Shown here: one piece after another, positions 1 through 9,278 of the stretch
Layout: each line of letters opens with the position of its first letter
Position numbering within the stretch: the stretch's first letter is position 1
Virus record (IMG/VR): IMGVR_UViG_3300043411_001170
Coordinates: 64,001-128,000 of that record
Source: a virus
DNA length: 64,000 bases
Direction: 5' to 3' (one strand)
Notes under the pieces: model-generated
What the model saw: the letters and a program-made list of their open reading frames with translations, nothing else
What the model was told of the DNA's origin: nothing
Databases searched by the model: none
Made by a program: the position numbers and the translations under genes

Positions 1-540
1 AGAGAATCTGACGATGAATGGGTCAAATTTTATGGAAAAAACGATAATAAAATATGTGATTTGAATTACGACGGTAAAGAAAGATGTGTTAAATGCCCAT
101 TTTTCTCTTGGGATTCTGAAAAAGACGACATAAAACAAGATTTTGATAAAGAGTTATTAGACTTATCTGCTGCACAACTTGCTTTTAAATATCCAGAGAT
201 AATGGCTTTATCATGGGTTCTTGATAATTCTCCTGATATAGATCCTCTTGTCATAAAAGAACCAGAGGTTTTTCCTGTTGTGGAAAAATTAGAAGATACT
301 AAAGTTAAAGGGTATGTTAGTTATGATGATTTTTTAAAGAACGCACCAGAAGAGGAAAAATTAAAACATTTTATAGAATATATGGAATACTGTAAGACAC
401 ATAATAAATTTTTATATTTATTTAATAAGACACAACTATTTTTATCAAATCATCATATAGCCATTTTTGTCGGGCTTTTGATATTGTTTGTTATTAATTT
501 ATTATTATATGCTTTCGATATTTATATATTTAATGCTTGA
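1..540 (+). CDS. Hypothetical protein, 5'-truncated; Cys-rich N-part and C-terminal transmembrane helix
   Basis: Frame is open from base 1 (RESDDEWVKFY...ICDLNY...CVKCPFF), so the true start lies upstream of the window; hydrophobic C-terminus IAIFVGLLILFVINLLLYAF. Confidence 0.7.
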   Translation, partial: RESDDEWVKFYGKNDNKICDLNYDGKERCVKCPFFSWDSEKDDIKQDFDKELLDLSAAQLAFKYPEIMALSWVLDNSPDIDPLVIKEPEVFPVVEKLEDTKVKGYVSYDDFLKNAPEEEKLKHFIEYMEYCKTHNKFLYLFNKTQLFLSNHHIAIFVGLLILFVINLLLYAFDIYIFNA

Positions 541-1322
541 TACAGAGAGGTTTTATGATTTCTGCGGATGTTCAAAAAATTCTACAAATTTATGGAAGCA
601 AAGTAAAAGACTACTTAAAGACTAAAACGTTGTCAGTAGAAGATAAAAAAGAGATAGGGAAAGAACTTTATAAGATATTATTTTTAAATAAAGACGAACC
701 GAAACAAGAGGCTAAAACAAAGCCTAATTTGATACCGAAAGTAAAGCCGTCCCTGCTAGATTATAAGCTTAATCTAATAAACGAAGTATTTAAAAATATC
801 CCCATTGGGATATCGGTATATGCAAACGAAGATTTATTACCTTATGTTATTTCGTCTTCTACACCTGCCAGGGGTGTACAATGGGTTCAGAGTCATGACA
901 AGGGAATGATCTGTTTAGGTGTCTTAAATAGAGAAGAAGTAAAAGAGGAGGATATATTCAATAAAATACTGAATGAAGTTATTGTATCAGAGGAGACATG
1001 TCATAGAGGAAATATATTTTTATATGAAAAAGATATTAGAGATAGTATCGTTGCAGGAATAAATTGCTGTATAGGTTATCTTGAATCATTTGATTTAACG
1101 GCTATACAGATAATACATAATATAGATGACAGTCTTATCTGTAATGTTCCTCATAAGATAACAAGGGCGGAATGGATGACGGAAGGCATGATTGCGGTTA
1201 TTCCAGAAAACTTATCTTATTTAGGAGATATTTTCCTATTAGGAAGGAATCATTTTGCAGTAAGCGTCCATAATATAAATAGAGGCATCTCTATTTGTAT
1301 TCCAGGAAAGAAAGTAGAGTAA
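537..1322 (+). CDS. Hypothetical phage protein
   Basis: 261-aa ORF coupled to neighbours; ATG at 555 after GAGG is a plausible alternative start; no motif recognised. Confidence 0.65.
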   Translation: MIQRGFMISADVQKILQIYGSKVKDYLKTKTLSVEDKKEIGKELYKILFLNKDEPKQEAKTKPNLIPKVKPSLLDYKLNLINEVFKNIPIGISVYANEDLLPYVISSSTPARGVQWVQSHDKGMICLGVLNREEVKEEDIFNKILNEVIVSEETCHRGNIFLYEKDIRDSIVAGINCCIGYLESFDLTAIQIIHNIDDSLICNVPHKITRAEWMTEGMIAVIPENLSYLGDIFLLGRNHFAVSVHNINRGISICIPGKKVE

Positions 1323-2008
1323 AAAAAGTGGAAGACATAAAGAAGTGCCTTAAAAGAGTAACAGAAGAAGACACTCTTTTATATGATTACTGTCTTGGTC
1401 GGGGATTTAAAGAAGAATGGTTCAGTGAATACTCTTTATTAAAATGGGAAATTCCCAAGAAAATAATAGAGAATGGGGATTTCTGTAATATATTTTCTCC
1501 AAAAGGGGAATTATTAGAAGATTGTATAATATTTCCGTTCTTCAATCATCTAGGAGAATTTGTAGGTTTTGAGTCCCGTAATGTAAAAGTAAAAACTCAG
1601 CGGAAATTTAAATTCAAAGACGATGAATTAATCATATTTGGGATGAGTACCAGTGTGCTAGACAAAATATGGAATGGCTGCAATATATGGGTTGTAGAGG
1701 GTATTTTCGACTTGATTGCCTTACGTTGGATAACTGATGATATTGTGCTATCAACAGGTACGGCAAGTTTTAGCAAAAAATTTATAGATCTATTAAATAG
1801 ATATTTTAATAGAGACTACATAGTTAATATTCTATATGATAATGATAAAGCAGGTAGGGAAGGATCGGAAAGATCTGTTAAAAAACTAGACAAAATTGAT
1901 ATTATTTCAAGGAGATACTTCGTACATGACTTTAAAGATCCTGGAGATCTTTGGGATAGGTACGGAGAGTTTTTAATTGGTTCTATAGGTAAGAGCAAAA
2001 TAAGATGA
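1295..2008 (+). CDS. DnaG-type primase catalytic core/TOPRIM domain lacking a zinc-binding domain
   Basis: YCLGRG, IIFPF..GEFVGFESR, VVEGIFD, LYDNDKAGREG and KDPGD motifs; the real start may be GTG 1328. Confidence 0.8.
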   Translation: MYSRKESRVKKVEDIKKCLKRVTEEDTLLYDYCLGRGFKEEWFSEYSLLKWEIPKKIIENGDFCNIFSPKGELLEDCIIFPFFNHLGEFVGFESRNVKVKTQRKFKFKDDELIIFGMSTSVLDKIWNGCNIWVVEGIFDLIALRWITDDIVLSTGTASFSKKFIDLLNRYFNRDYIVNILYDNDKAGREGSERSVKKLDKIDIISRRYFVHDFKDPGDLWDRYGEFLIGSIGKSKIR

Positions 2009-3027
2009 TAGAAAGCGTGCTTACACCTAGACTTATGTTGGAGTTGGAAGAAAAAGATTTTAATGCTTTAGTAGAAGCATATCATATAATATGTAGGCAC
2101 ACTGATAATTTTAATACTGTAGATAAAATGTTATCAGAATTATCTAATATGTATGAAGACCCAATACTGAACTTAATTTTCTCAACAAAGACGATTATAT
2201 TATTTGATAATTTTATATATAATATTGCAAAAATAAAAGGATGTAGTACGTATGAACTTATAAATGAAAAAGAATTATTTTCTAATGTTGTAGATAAGTA
2301 TGTTGTGTTTTTTAAACACCTATCTCATGAGATAGTGTCAGGTAATTATTTAATAAACAGTTATTCAGATATAACGGCATTCTTTATACAATCAGTCGTA
2401 AAGTCTGTAGAAATAAAATTTTTAGGTTTTATAAAAGATAGTAAAGAATTTTGCTTACCTAATGTGAGCGTACTAGACGTATTTAGTTTAGACTTTAATG
2501 TTCAAGATATATTGTATAAATTAGAGGCATATACACCTAATGCTACCATTCTTAATTTAAATCTACCTTATTCTAAAAGTTCTAATAGAAGAGACGAGAT
2601 TAGATTATTTTTCTTAGAAAAATATGTTGAAAGTATAAAGCAGATTCATATCCATGATTTATTCTTAACAGAGGCAGAGATTAAAGCATTGTTAGGAAGT
2701 AAGAGAATTAAAAATCTAGATATACTAGATTTATCTGACTGCTATTTATTTTATCGTGAAAGAGACATAGGATCTTTTTATCGCGCCTTTAATACAGAAT
2801 GTAATTTCACTGTTAAAAATTTCGTTCTATATGATCCCGTTGAGGGTAGTTCAAAAATCCTTAAAACCCTTTTAGGGCAATCATTTTTTAAAAATTGTAT
2901 AGAAAATCTAAGGTTCTATGAGCTATCTACTTCGGAATCAGACTTAAAAGAATTGCATTCATTACTTGCAAAAACAAGTATAAATAAAGTATATAATAAC
3001 GATGTAGTTGTCTACGAATGTCGATAG
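2005..3027 (+). CDS. Hypothetical protein with degenerate leucine-rich repeats
   Basis: LTEAEIKALLGSKRIKNLDILDLSDCYL and related LxxLxL segments in the C-terminal half. Confidence 0.5.
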   Translation: MIESVLTPRLMLELEEKDFNALVEAYHIICRHTDNFNTVDKMLSELSNMYEDPILNLIFSTKTIILFDNFIYNIAKIKGCSTYELINEKELFSNVVDKYVVFFKHLSHEIVSGNYLINSYSDITAFFIQSVVKSVEIKFLGFIKDSKEFCLPNVSVLDVFSLDFNVQDILYKLEAYTPNATILNLNLPYSKSSNRRDEIRLFFLEKYVESIKQIHIHDLFLTEAEIKALLGSKRIKNLDILDLSDCYLFYRERDIGSFYRAFNTECNFTVKNFVLYDPVEGSSKILKTLLGQSFFKNCIENLRFYELSTSESDLKELHSLLAKTSINKVYNNDVVVYECR

Positions 3028-3069
3028 ACAACTAACCTATAAACGGAAAGAAAGGAAAAAGAGGAACGT

Positions 3070-3654
3070 ATGTCGAAGCAACTTCTCCCAGCCATGACTA
3101 GCGAATACAACATGCTCAATGAACTCATCGGTAAATATCACCCAGAGGTTGCCGATATTTATAAAAATATCGGAATTGTTTTCAAAGAAGGTATCGGTAA
3201 GAGCGGTGGAAAATATGTTTTCTCAAAAGTTGCTAAAGCACCGCCCATTGTAAATGTTATGTGCAATAAGGATAAGCCAGAGGGAGAGGAAGAAAAAGAA
3301 TACATCTATATTATCTATATTTATGAAGAAGCTTGGGGATTGATGAATACCGAGCAACGAAAAGCCCTCATGGACAGATGCTTGTGTTCAATTAAACAAA
3401 AATACGATGAAAAGTCAGATAAGATTAAGTATCTCCTTGTTAAGGAAGACATTGTTGCTTATAAAGCGGAATTGTCTAGGCATGGATATTGGTGGGGAGA
3501 TATTGAAACTCAACTAGAAGAATTACATAAGAAGCCAGAAGATGATGAAGAAGGTGAGGAAGATAATCAGAGAATGAAAAGTTCAGGTCCAGCAATAGAC
3601 GAAGGTAAAGTTGAAGACATTTTATCTGATCTTGCAAACGAAGACTCTGAATAA
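3070..3654 (+). CDS. Phage metallopeptidase-like protein (metal-binding motif degenerate) with acidic tail
   Basis: YIIYIYEEAWGLMNTEQRKALMDRCLCSI matches the W..L...QR.AL.DHEL.H pattern but lacks HExxH; GAGG RBS. Confidence 0.55.
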   Translation: MSKQLLPAMTSEYNMLNELIGKYHPEVADIYKNIGIVFKEGIGKSGGKYVFSKVAKAPPIVNVMCNKDKPEGEEEKEYIYIIYIYEEAWGLMNTEQRKALMDRCLCSIKQKYDEKSDKIKYLLVKEDIVAYKAELSRHGYWWGDIETQLEELHKKPEDDEEGEEDNQRMKSSGPAIDEGKVEDILSDLANEDSE

Positions 3655-3684
3655 TAACAATTCAAATAGCCAATAAACAAAAAT

Positions 3685-3707
3685 CCCCTCCTCATGAGGG
3701 GTTTTTT
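3685..3707 (+). terminator. Intrinsic terminator
   Basis: CCCCTC-ctcat-GAGGGG followed by a T run. Confidence 0.8.
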
Positions 3708-3726
3708 AGTATAAGGGAGAATTTCT

Positions 3727-5238
3727 ATGGCTTTCGACACTAAATACAGACCTTTAAATTTTAATGACGTTATTGGACAGGACAGTATAGTAAGTACATT
3801 AAAAGGTTTTGTATTATCTAACACAGGATTTAATCAGTCCTATATCATATCGGGACCATATGGTACAGGTAAAACGACATTAGCGCGTATTTTTGCTAGA
3901 GCCTTGTTATGTGAAAGTCCTATTAATGGTGATTGTTGTAATAATTGCAAAAGTTGCAAAAACTTATTGGCTCTTAAAGACGATAGTATTATAGAGATAG
4001 ATGCAGCCACTAATTCTGGAAAAGACGATGTAAAGAAAATAGTAGAAGATTCAATGTATGCCTCGTTTGGAGGAAGAAGGAAAATATTTATTCTTGATGA
4101 GGCTCATCAGTTATCAAAATTTGCGCTTGATGCCCTATTAAAACCATTGGAAGAAGATATACAAGGGACGGAAAATAAAAAGCTCATTTGTATTTTTTGT
4201 ACTACGGAAAGGCAAAAAATAAAGAAAACTATCATGTCTCGGTGTGCGTTGTTTTCTTTGAATCCTGTGTCATGTGACGACATAGCACAGAGGTTATCCT
4301 TTGTTTGTGGGAAAGAAAACATTAACTACGAATTATCTGCTTTAAAATATATAGCTACTAGGTCTGATAAGCATGTTAGAGATGCATTAAAAACATTAGA
4401 AATAATATCAAGCTCTGGTGAGATAACCACCGAACGAGTGAATTTTTATTATGGTGTAGACAAAATTAGCTTGATTGTAGATCTATTGCTACAGATTAAA
4501 ACATCTGTGGATCTAGCGATGCTGAGTAATTTATTAGTCTATTTCTCACCGTTTGATCTATGTGTTCTTTTGTCAAGTATCTCACATCATTCATATATTT
4601 ATTCAAAAACAAAAACAAATCTATCAAAAGAATGCACTGAGAATATTCTTGAAACTATTAACAAAGCCTTTTCGGATAGTGAACTAAAATTCATAATGGA
4701 CTTTTTTAGTCGTAAGAGTAAGACACTTGACGAGACAATATTTATATGTGACTTGTTGACTCTAAAAGACGTTTTCAATGGGACACACGATATTACACCT
4801 GTTTTTCATCAGGTCGTTCCAAGTAAAAGATCAGAATCGGCTATGGTCACACCTTCTATAGCACCTTCTAAAAACACTACCGTTACAATAGCTTTTGATG
4901 ATGCTGATAAATTTAAGGAGCTTGAAGAACAAAAAAAGAATGAGATGATCGGACGCTTGGGTAATATAAAACATAAGGACGAATCATCTGTAGGTCCGAA
5001 TGGTTTGACTAAGAACGGTGTTTATCTCGTACCCGCAGCAGTTAAAAGTAAATCAACCCCCAATAGTTCTAGTATTCCAGTAAAAAAACCGATTATAAAC
5101 GAATCGGTAGGTACAGCTGATAATATAGTCACTAATGATACTAAAAAAACTATACTGAGTCCAGAAGATGTTGTTTCATTAATTAATGATAGGTTTTCGA
5201 AAATATGTCAACAAAAAAAGCCACCGCAAAAAGAGTAA
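3727..5238 (+). CDS. dnaX: DNA polymerase III subunit gamma/tau (clamp loader)
   Basis: KYRP..F.DVIGQ, Walker A GPYGTGKTT, Cys zinc module, IEIDAA, Walker B DEAH, SRC, RDA. Confidence 0.92.
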   Translation: MAFDTKYRPLNFNDVIGQDSIVSTLKGFVLSNTGFNQSYIISGPYGTGKTTLARIFARALLCESPINGDCCNNCKSCKNLLALKDDSIIEIDAATNSGKDDVKKIVEDSMYASFGGRRKIFILDEAHQLSKFALDALLKPLEEDIQGTENKKLICIFCTTERQKIKKTIMSRCALFSLNPVSCDDIAQRLSFVCGKENINYELSALKYIATRSDKHVRDALKTLEIISSSGEITTERVNFYYGVDKISLIVDLLLQIKTSVDLAMLSNLLVYFSPFDLCVLLSSISHHSYIYSKTKTNLSKECTENILETINKAFSDSELKFIMDFFSRKSKTLDETIFICDLLTLKDVFNGTHDITPVFHQVVPSKRSESAMVTPSIAPSKNTTVTIAFDDADKFKELEEQKKNEMIGRLGNIKHKDESSVGPNGLTKNGVYLVPAAVKSKSTPNSSSIPVKKPIINESVGTADNIVTNDTKKTILSPEDVVSLINDRFSKICQQKKPPQKE

Positions 5239-6362
5239 AGTTATCAAAAGATAAGAAAGGTGAGTTGGAGGATTTTTTAGTCAAAGTCGTCTATAAACTA
5301 TCGTCAGGGAAGGATGTGAGATGTAAAGATGTAATGGATGGGATTAAGGATAACCTTAGAAACGATCCCGACCATTTATTCTTACATATTAAAGAACACG
5401 TTGTAAGAACGACCATATTATCCTCTTCTTACTTTGATGCAACGAGAAGAGGGTTTTGGGGTCTTTCAAATACGGGAAAAACTCTTGCAGAAAGTTTAAT
5501 CTATGAAGAAGAATGTGTAGATATTACAGATAGTATTAAAAATTACGGTGTTAGTTCGGATATGGATCTTATTGAAAACACTATATTAAAAAGTATATAC
5601 GTTTTATCCAAACAAATAGAAGGACAGAAAGTAAGAAGTTCCAAAGTCATAAAAGAGGTACAACGTTATAGAGAGGTACTAGACTTAACAAATAAAGATT
5701 TCTGCTTAAATGATGCTTTTATAAAATATGTGGGGATAACGTCAAAGAAGGTGTGGAAACCTTCTTTTGGCTTTTGGGGCTTATCAGAAAGTACCTATAA
5801 AACAGCAGAAAAGAATTTTCCAGATGTTATAAAAGAAAAATATTGGGTTACAGTAGAATTATCTTCTCTTGGGGAGCAAAAATTAGAGGAAGGTGATTTA
5901 GAGAGAATTCTAAGAATTCAATTAAACTCACCAAAAGCAAACTTTTTTATACCATCTGCTAAGTATATGAAAAAGGATGCGTTGAAGTCCGAAATATTTC
6001 ACCTTATTCAAGGTTATATATTTGTATCGTCAGGATTGCCTTTAAGATCCTATTTAGATTTGGAAGATAGTCCTTATGTCAATAGTGTTTTTTACGAAAC
6101 GACTATGGACGGACAAATACACTTAAAGTTACTTCCTAATTCTAAAATAGAGGATATGAAAACTGACCTGGATAAAATGGTACAAGGAAGTATAAAAGAT
6201 GGAGAAACTGTACATATAAATGCAGGATTATATCAACATATAGAAGGAAAAGTACTTTCTATTTTTGAATCCGATGCTTATGTAGAAATAGTATTCAAAT
6301 CGATGATAATTGTAGTTAAGTTACCAAAAATATTTTTAGATCCTATTATGCCTGTTTATTAA
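5205..6362 (+). CDS. NusG/RfaH-family transcription factor (NGN+KOW) fused to two N-terminal winged-helix-like repeats
   Basis: C-half FFIP...IQGYIFV...YVNSV and KOW GETVHINAGLYQHIEGKV; N-half has two repeats ending RRGFWGLS / SFGFWGLS (Mrr_N/HARE-HTH-like). Confidence 0.75.
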   Translation: MSTKKATAKRVKLSKDKKGELEDFLVKVVYKLSSGKDVRCKDVMDGIKDNLRNDPDHLFLHIKEHVVRTTILSSSYFDATRRGFWGLSNTGKTLAESLIYEEECVDITDSIKNYGVSSDMDLIENTILKSIYVLSKQIEGQKVRSSKVIKEVQRYREVLDLTNKDFCLNDAFIKYVGITSKKVWKPSFGFWGLSESTYKTAEKNFPDVIKEKYWVTVELSSLGEQKLEEGDLERILRIQLNSPKANFFIPSAKYMKKDALKSEIFHLIQGYIFVSSGLPLRSYLDLEDSPYVNSVFYETTMDGQIHLKLLPNSKIEDMKTDLDKMVQGSIKDGETVHINAGLYQHIEGKVLSIFESDAYVEIVFKSMIIVVKLPKIFLDPIMPVY

Positions 6363-6374
6363 ATTTGAGGTTAT

Positions 6375-7037
6375 ATGACAAATATATCTAAATTACCATT
6401 AGCACAAATAAGTTCTTTAGAAGAGGTTCAGAATAAGTTTGATTCTGAACCTGGATTACCTGGAATGGCATTTGAAGATTTTGACTTGGAAAAAGAATTT
6501 AGTCTATTGGAACTTGAAATAGAAGGGGAGGAAAGAGAATATCTATTAGATAAAGAAAAAAAATTGGAGAAGTTAAAAGAAATTGTAAATAGACTCCCAA
6601 ATATAGAACACGATTTCATCGACCTTTACTACTTTAAAAGAGTACGACAAGTTAATATTGCAGAAATATTTAAAGTGTCTCAGCCTATGGTGTGTTACAG
6701 ATTAAAGAAAGCTATAGATAGAATAAAATTTCTTCTATCCATGCCTGAACTATCGGAATCTCAAGTAAGAAAAGATTTGCGCGATCATTTCAAGTCTGAA
6801 AAGGATTTAGATATTATAATTCTAATGTATAAGACAACATGTGAATCAAGAACAGCACAAATACTAGGGACCAGCCAGAGTTTTGTACGTCATAGATTTA
6901 TTAGAGCTATTCAGGTATTAGAAGAAGTTAATTCTTATTATCATAATCTCATGAGTAAGATTATGGATAATCTAAATATATTAAAGGATCAAGACGAAGA
7001 AATTATATATATGGTAGATAATAATCAATATTCATAA
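6375..7037 (+). CDS. Protein with two sigma70 region-4-like HTH domains
   Basis: LPNIEHDFIDLYYF...NIAEIFKVSQPMVCYRLKKA and DIIILMY...TAQILGTSQSFVRHRFIRA; no region 2 recognised. Confidence 0.7.
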   Translation: MTNISKLPLAQISSLEEVQNKFDSEPGLPGMAFEDFDLEKEFSLLELEIEGEEREYLLDKEKKLEKLKEIVNRLPNIEHDFIDLYYFKRVRQVNIAEIFKVSQPMVCYRLKKAIDRIKFLLSMPELSESQVRKDLRDHFKSEKDLDIIILMYKTTCESRTAQILGTSQSFVRHRFIRAIQVLEEVNSYYHNLMSKIMDNLNILKDQDEEIIYMVDNNQYS

Positions 7038-7053
7038 ATTATGAGTAACTATA

Positions 7054-8508
7054 ATGCTTGATGATATATTAACTTTAGAAGACTTAAAAAATCCACAGGT
7101 GCTACGTTTACTTTTTATGGAAGAGGGAAGGGATTTAGTAGATATCTTTAAGTTATCTTCTTATTTAGAAAACAACATACTAAAGAAAGAAGATAAAAAA
7201 GAACATGGTATTTATTTTACACCGAAGGTTTTAGTAGATCTCATGTTAACGACCATTGATCTTCCTTTAATGGAAGAAGTCTTTAGGGTCATTGACACAT
7301 CCTGTGGAATAGGAAATATCCTTATACCTTTTGCAAGACTCTATGCCAATCATAAGATGATCTATAGTAAGAAGAAAAAGAGAAAAGAGGATTTTCGATT
7401 TTTCTTGAGAAAGGTATATAGTGAATGTATCTTCGGGATTGACTTGAACAATGACTTTATTGACATTATGAAAACAGTAATGTCGGTAGACTGTGGGATT
7501 TCTACAGATAACCTAAATAATTTCATTGTAAACGACTTCTTTAAAGAGAAGAACCCTTTTGGCGGAATTAAATTTAACGTGTTACTAGCAAATCCGCCTT
7601 ATGTAACAGGAATTAAATCTACGGTTGATAGTGAATTAAAAGGCGTTTCCAATTTATCTTTTAACTATCTAATTAAATCAATAGACTTGTTAAAGTCTAA
7701 TTATCAGACAGCATTAGTAATGCCGTCTATATTTCTTAATTCGTTGTCTTTCCTAGAAAAAAGAAAATACTGGATAAAAAATAGAAACTTAAATAAATTA
7801 TGGCTATGCAGTCCAGAATCAAGATTTTTCGGTACGGCTTCTATTAATGTTTGTGTTATCTCACTTAACAGTAGAGTTAATTTAATACCTCAATTTATGA
7901 CTTTTCCTGATAATGGGACATTGGGAGTATTAGAGGGAGATTGTTCAGACTGGTCTACTGCATATTTTAAGAAAATAGATGTTATTAATAAATTGAAAAA
8001 TGAGTATCAAGTAACGGCAGGGATGGTTGTTTCAGAAGCATATCAATGTTTGCCCTATATCACCGATAGTGAGAGTGGTGAGGGGAAGAAAGTTATAACA
8101 TCAGGAATGGTGAAACCTTTTTATTGCTCTTGGGGACAGAAACAAAAGAATATCTTGAAGAAGTCATTTAAGTATCCAAGACTGGAAACAAACATATTAT
8201 TTTCAAAGAGTCTGAATGAAAAAATATTAAGTAAAAGACCTAAACTTGTTATTCCAGGATTAATAATGAAAATTAAAACATTTTTAGACCCTAATGGAGA
8301 ATATTTGCCTGCTGCGGGTACATATGTGATTTATCATAAAACAGATGACATTGATATTTTGAAAAAATTATGTGAATATTTAAATAATGATAAGCGAGTA
8401 CATGATTACTTGATTTCTATACTAGAGACAAAAAGAATAGGACAAGGAGGATACCCTATTACTAAATCCTTTCTGGAAGGAATACCTTTAGAGGGTTATG
8501 ATGACTGA
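7054..8508 (+). CDS. N6-adenine DNA methyltransferase (gamma class, TaqI/Eco57I-like)
   Basis: GIYFTP, IDTSCGIGNIL (motif I), FGIDL, NPPY (motif IV), TaqI-like C-terminal region ending LEGIP. Confidence 0.88.
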   Translation: MLDDILTLEDLKNPQVLRLLFMEEGRDLVDIFKLSSYLENNILKKEDKKEHGIYFTPKVLVDLMLTTIDLPLMEEVFRVIDTSCGIGNILIPFARLYANHKMIYSKKKKRKEDFRFFLRKVYSECIFGIDLNNDFIDIMKTVMSVDCGISTDNLNNFIVNDFFKEKNPFGGIKFNVLLANPPYVTGIKSTVDSELKGVSNLSFNYLIKSIDLLKSNYQTALVMPSIFLNSLSFLEKRKYWIKNRNLNKLWLCSPESRFFGTASINVCVISLNSRVNLIPQFMTFPDNGTLGVLEGDCSDWSTAYFKKIDVINKLKNEYQVTAGMVVSEAYQCLPYITDSESGEGKKVITSGMVKPFYCSWGQKQKNILKKSFKYPRLETNILFSKSLNEKILSKRPKLVIPGLIMKIKTFLDPNGEYLPAAGTYVIYHKTDDIDILKKLCEYLNNDKRVHDYLISILETKRIGQGGYPITKSFLEGIPLEGYDD

Positions 8509-8800
8509 AAACAAACCCTTAAAAGATTTAAGTACTATAAAAGAAATTGCGAAGAAGTGGATAGAGGACAATTCTGTCAATATTTATATTATTAAAATAT
8601 ATAATGATACTAGTAAAAGATCTGTAAACTTGTATACTTATTTATGGAAATTACAGATACAATTTAATAAGAAATATGGCCCCATAAATAGTTTTAGTTA
8701 CGAGTTAGAATTTGATTATGCTTTTATAAAAAGCACCAGTAGGGAAACCATATCTCATCTGAGTAACCTAATGAGTAAGAAAGGGTTTGAAATATCTTAA
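8498..8800 (+). CDS. Hypothetical protein
   Basis: 100-aa ORF overlapping the MTase stop; GAGGG RBS. Confidence 0.6.
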   Translation: MMTENKPLKDLSTIKEIAKKWIEDNSVNIYIIKIYNDTSKRSVNLYTYLWKLQIQFNKKYGPINSFSYELEFDYAFIKSTSRETISHLSNLMSKKGFEIS

Positions 8801-8827
8801 TACTTTTAACTATGAGACTATTTTGAA

Positions 8828-9259
8828 ATGGCTCTGACAAGAACACAATCTGACTACTATTTTACATCGGGAGGAGGAACACAGGTTTACTCCTTTGTGG
8901 TGTCTGTATCTACAACAGGTAGTGTTTTTGTTCGTGACATCCGAACACCTGTTGGTTACTTAGTTAACAGTATGTCTTCTTTACCTTCTTCTGTAGTAGA
9001 TGATATCAATACTGCTATAAACCAAGTGGGGAATTTAATTGTGAATACAAGTGCCATAAATGGAACTGCTAGTTTTGTTAATCAGACACAGGTTATTGTA
9101 TCTTTTCCAACCCCTGTAGCCAACGCAAATTATCGTGTGTTATTTTCCGTTGGTGATTTTGTGTTAGTTCGTTTTGTTCCCCCACTCACTGTAAATGGAT
9201 TTACTATAGAAACTAGCACTGCATTTACTGGAAGTGTTGGTTATGACGTATTATTTTAA
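8828..9259 (+). CDS. Putative virion protein with a C-terminal small beta domain
   Basis: T/S/V-rich; C-terminus VSFPTP..NYRVL...TVNGFTIE...TGSVGY is shared with the next gene. Confidence 0.6.
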   Translation: MALTRTQSDYYFTSGGGTQVYSFVVSVSTTGSVFVRDIRTPVGYLVNSMSSLPSSVVDDINTAINQVGNLIVNTSAINGTASFVNQTQVIVSFPTPVANANYRVLFSVGDFVLVRFVPPLTVNGFTIETSTAFTGSVGYDVLF

Positions 9260-9278
9260 TAATTAAAGAGATTTTAAA

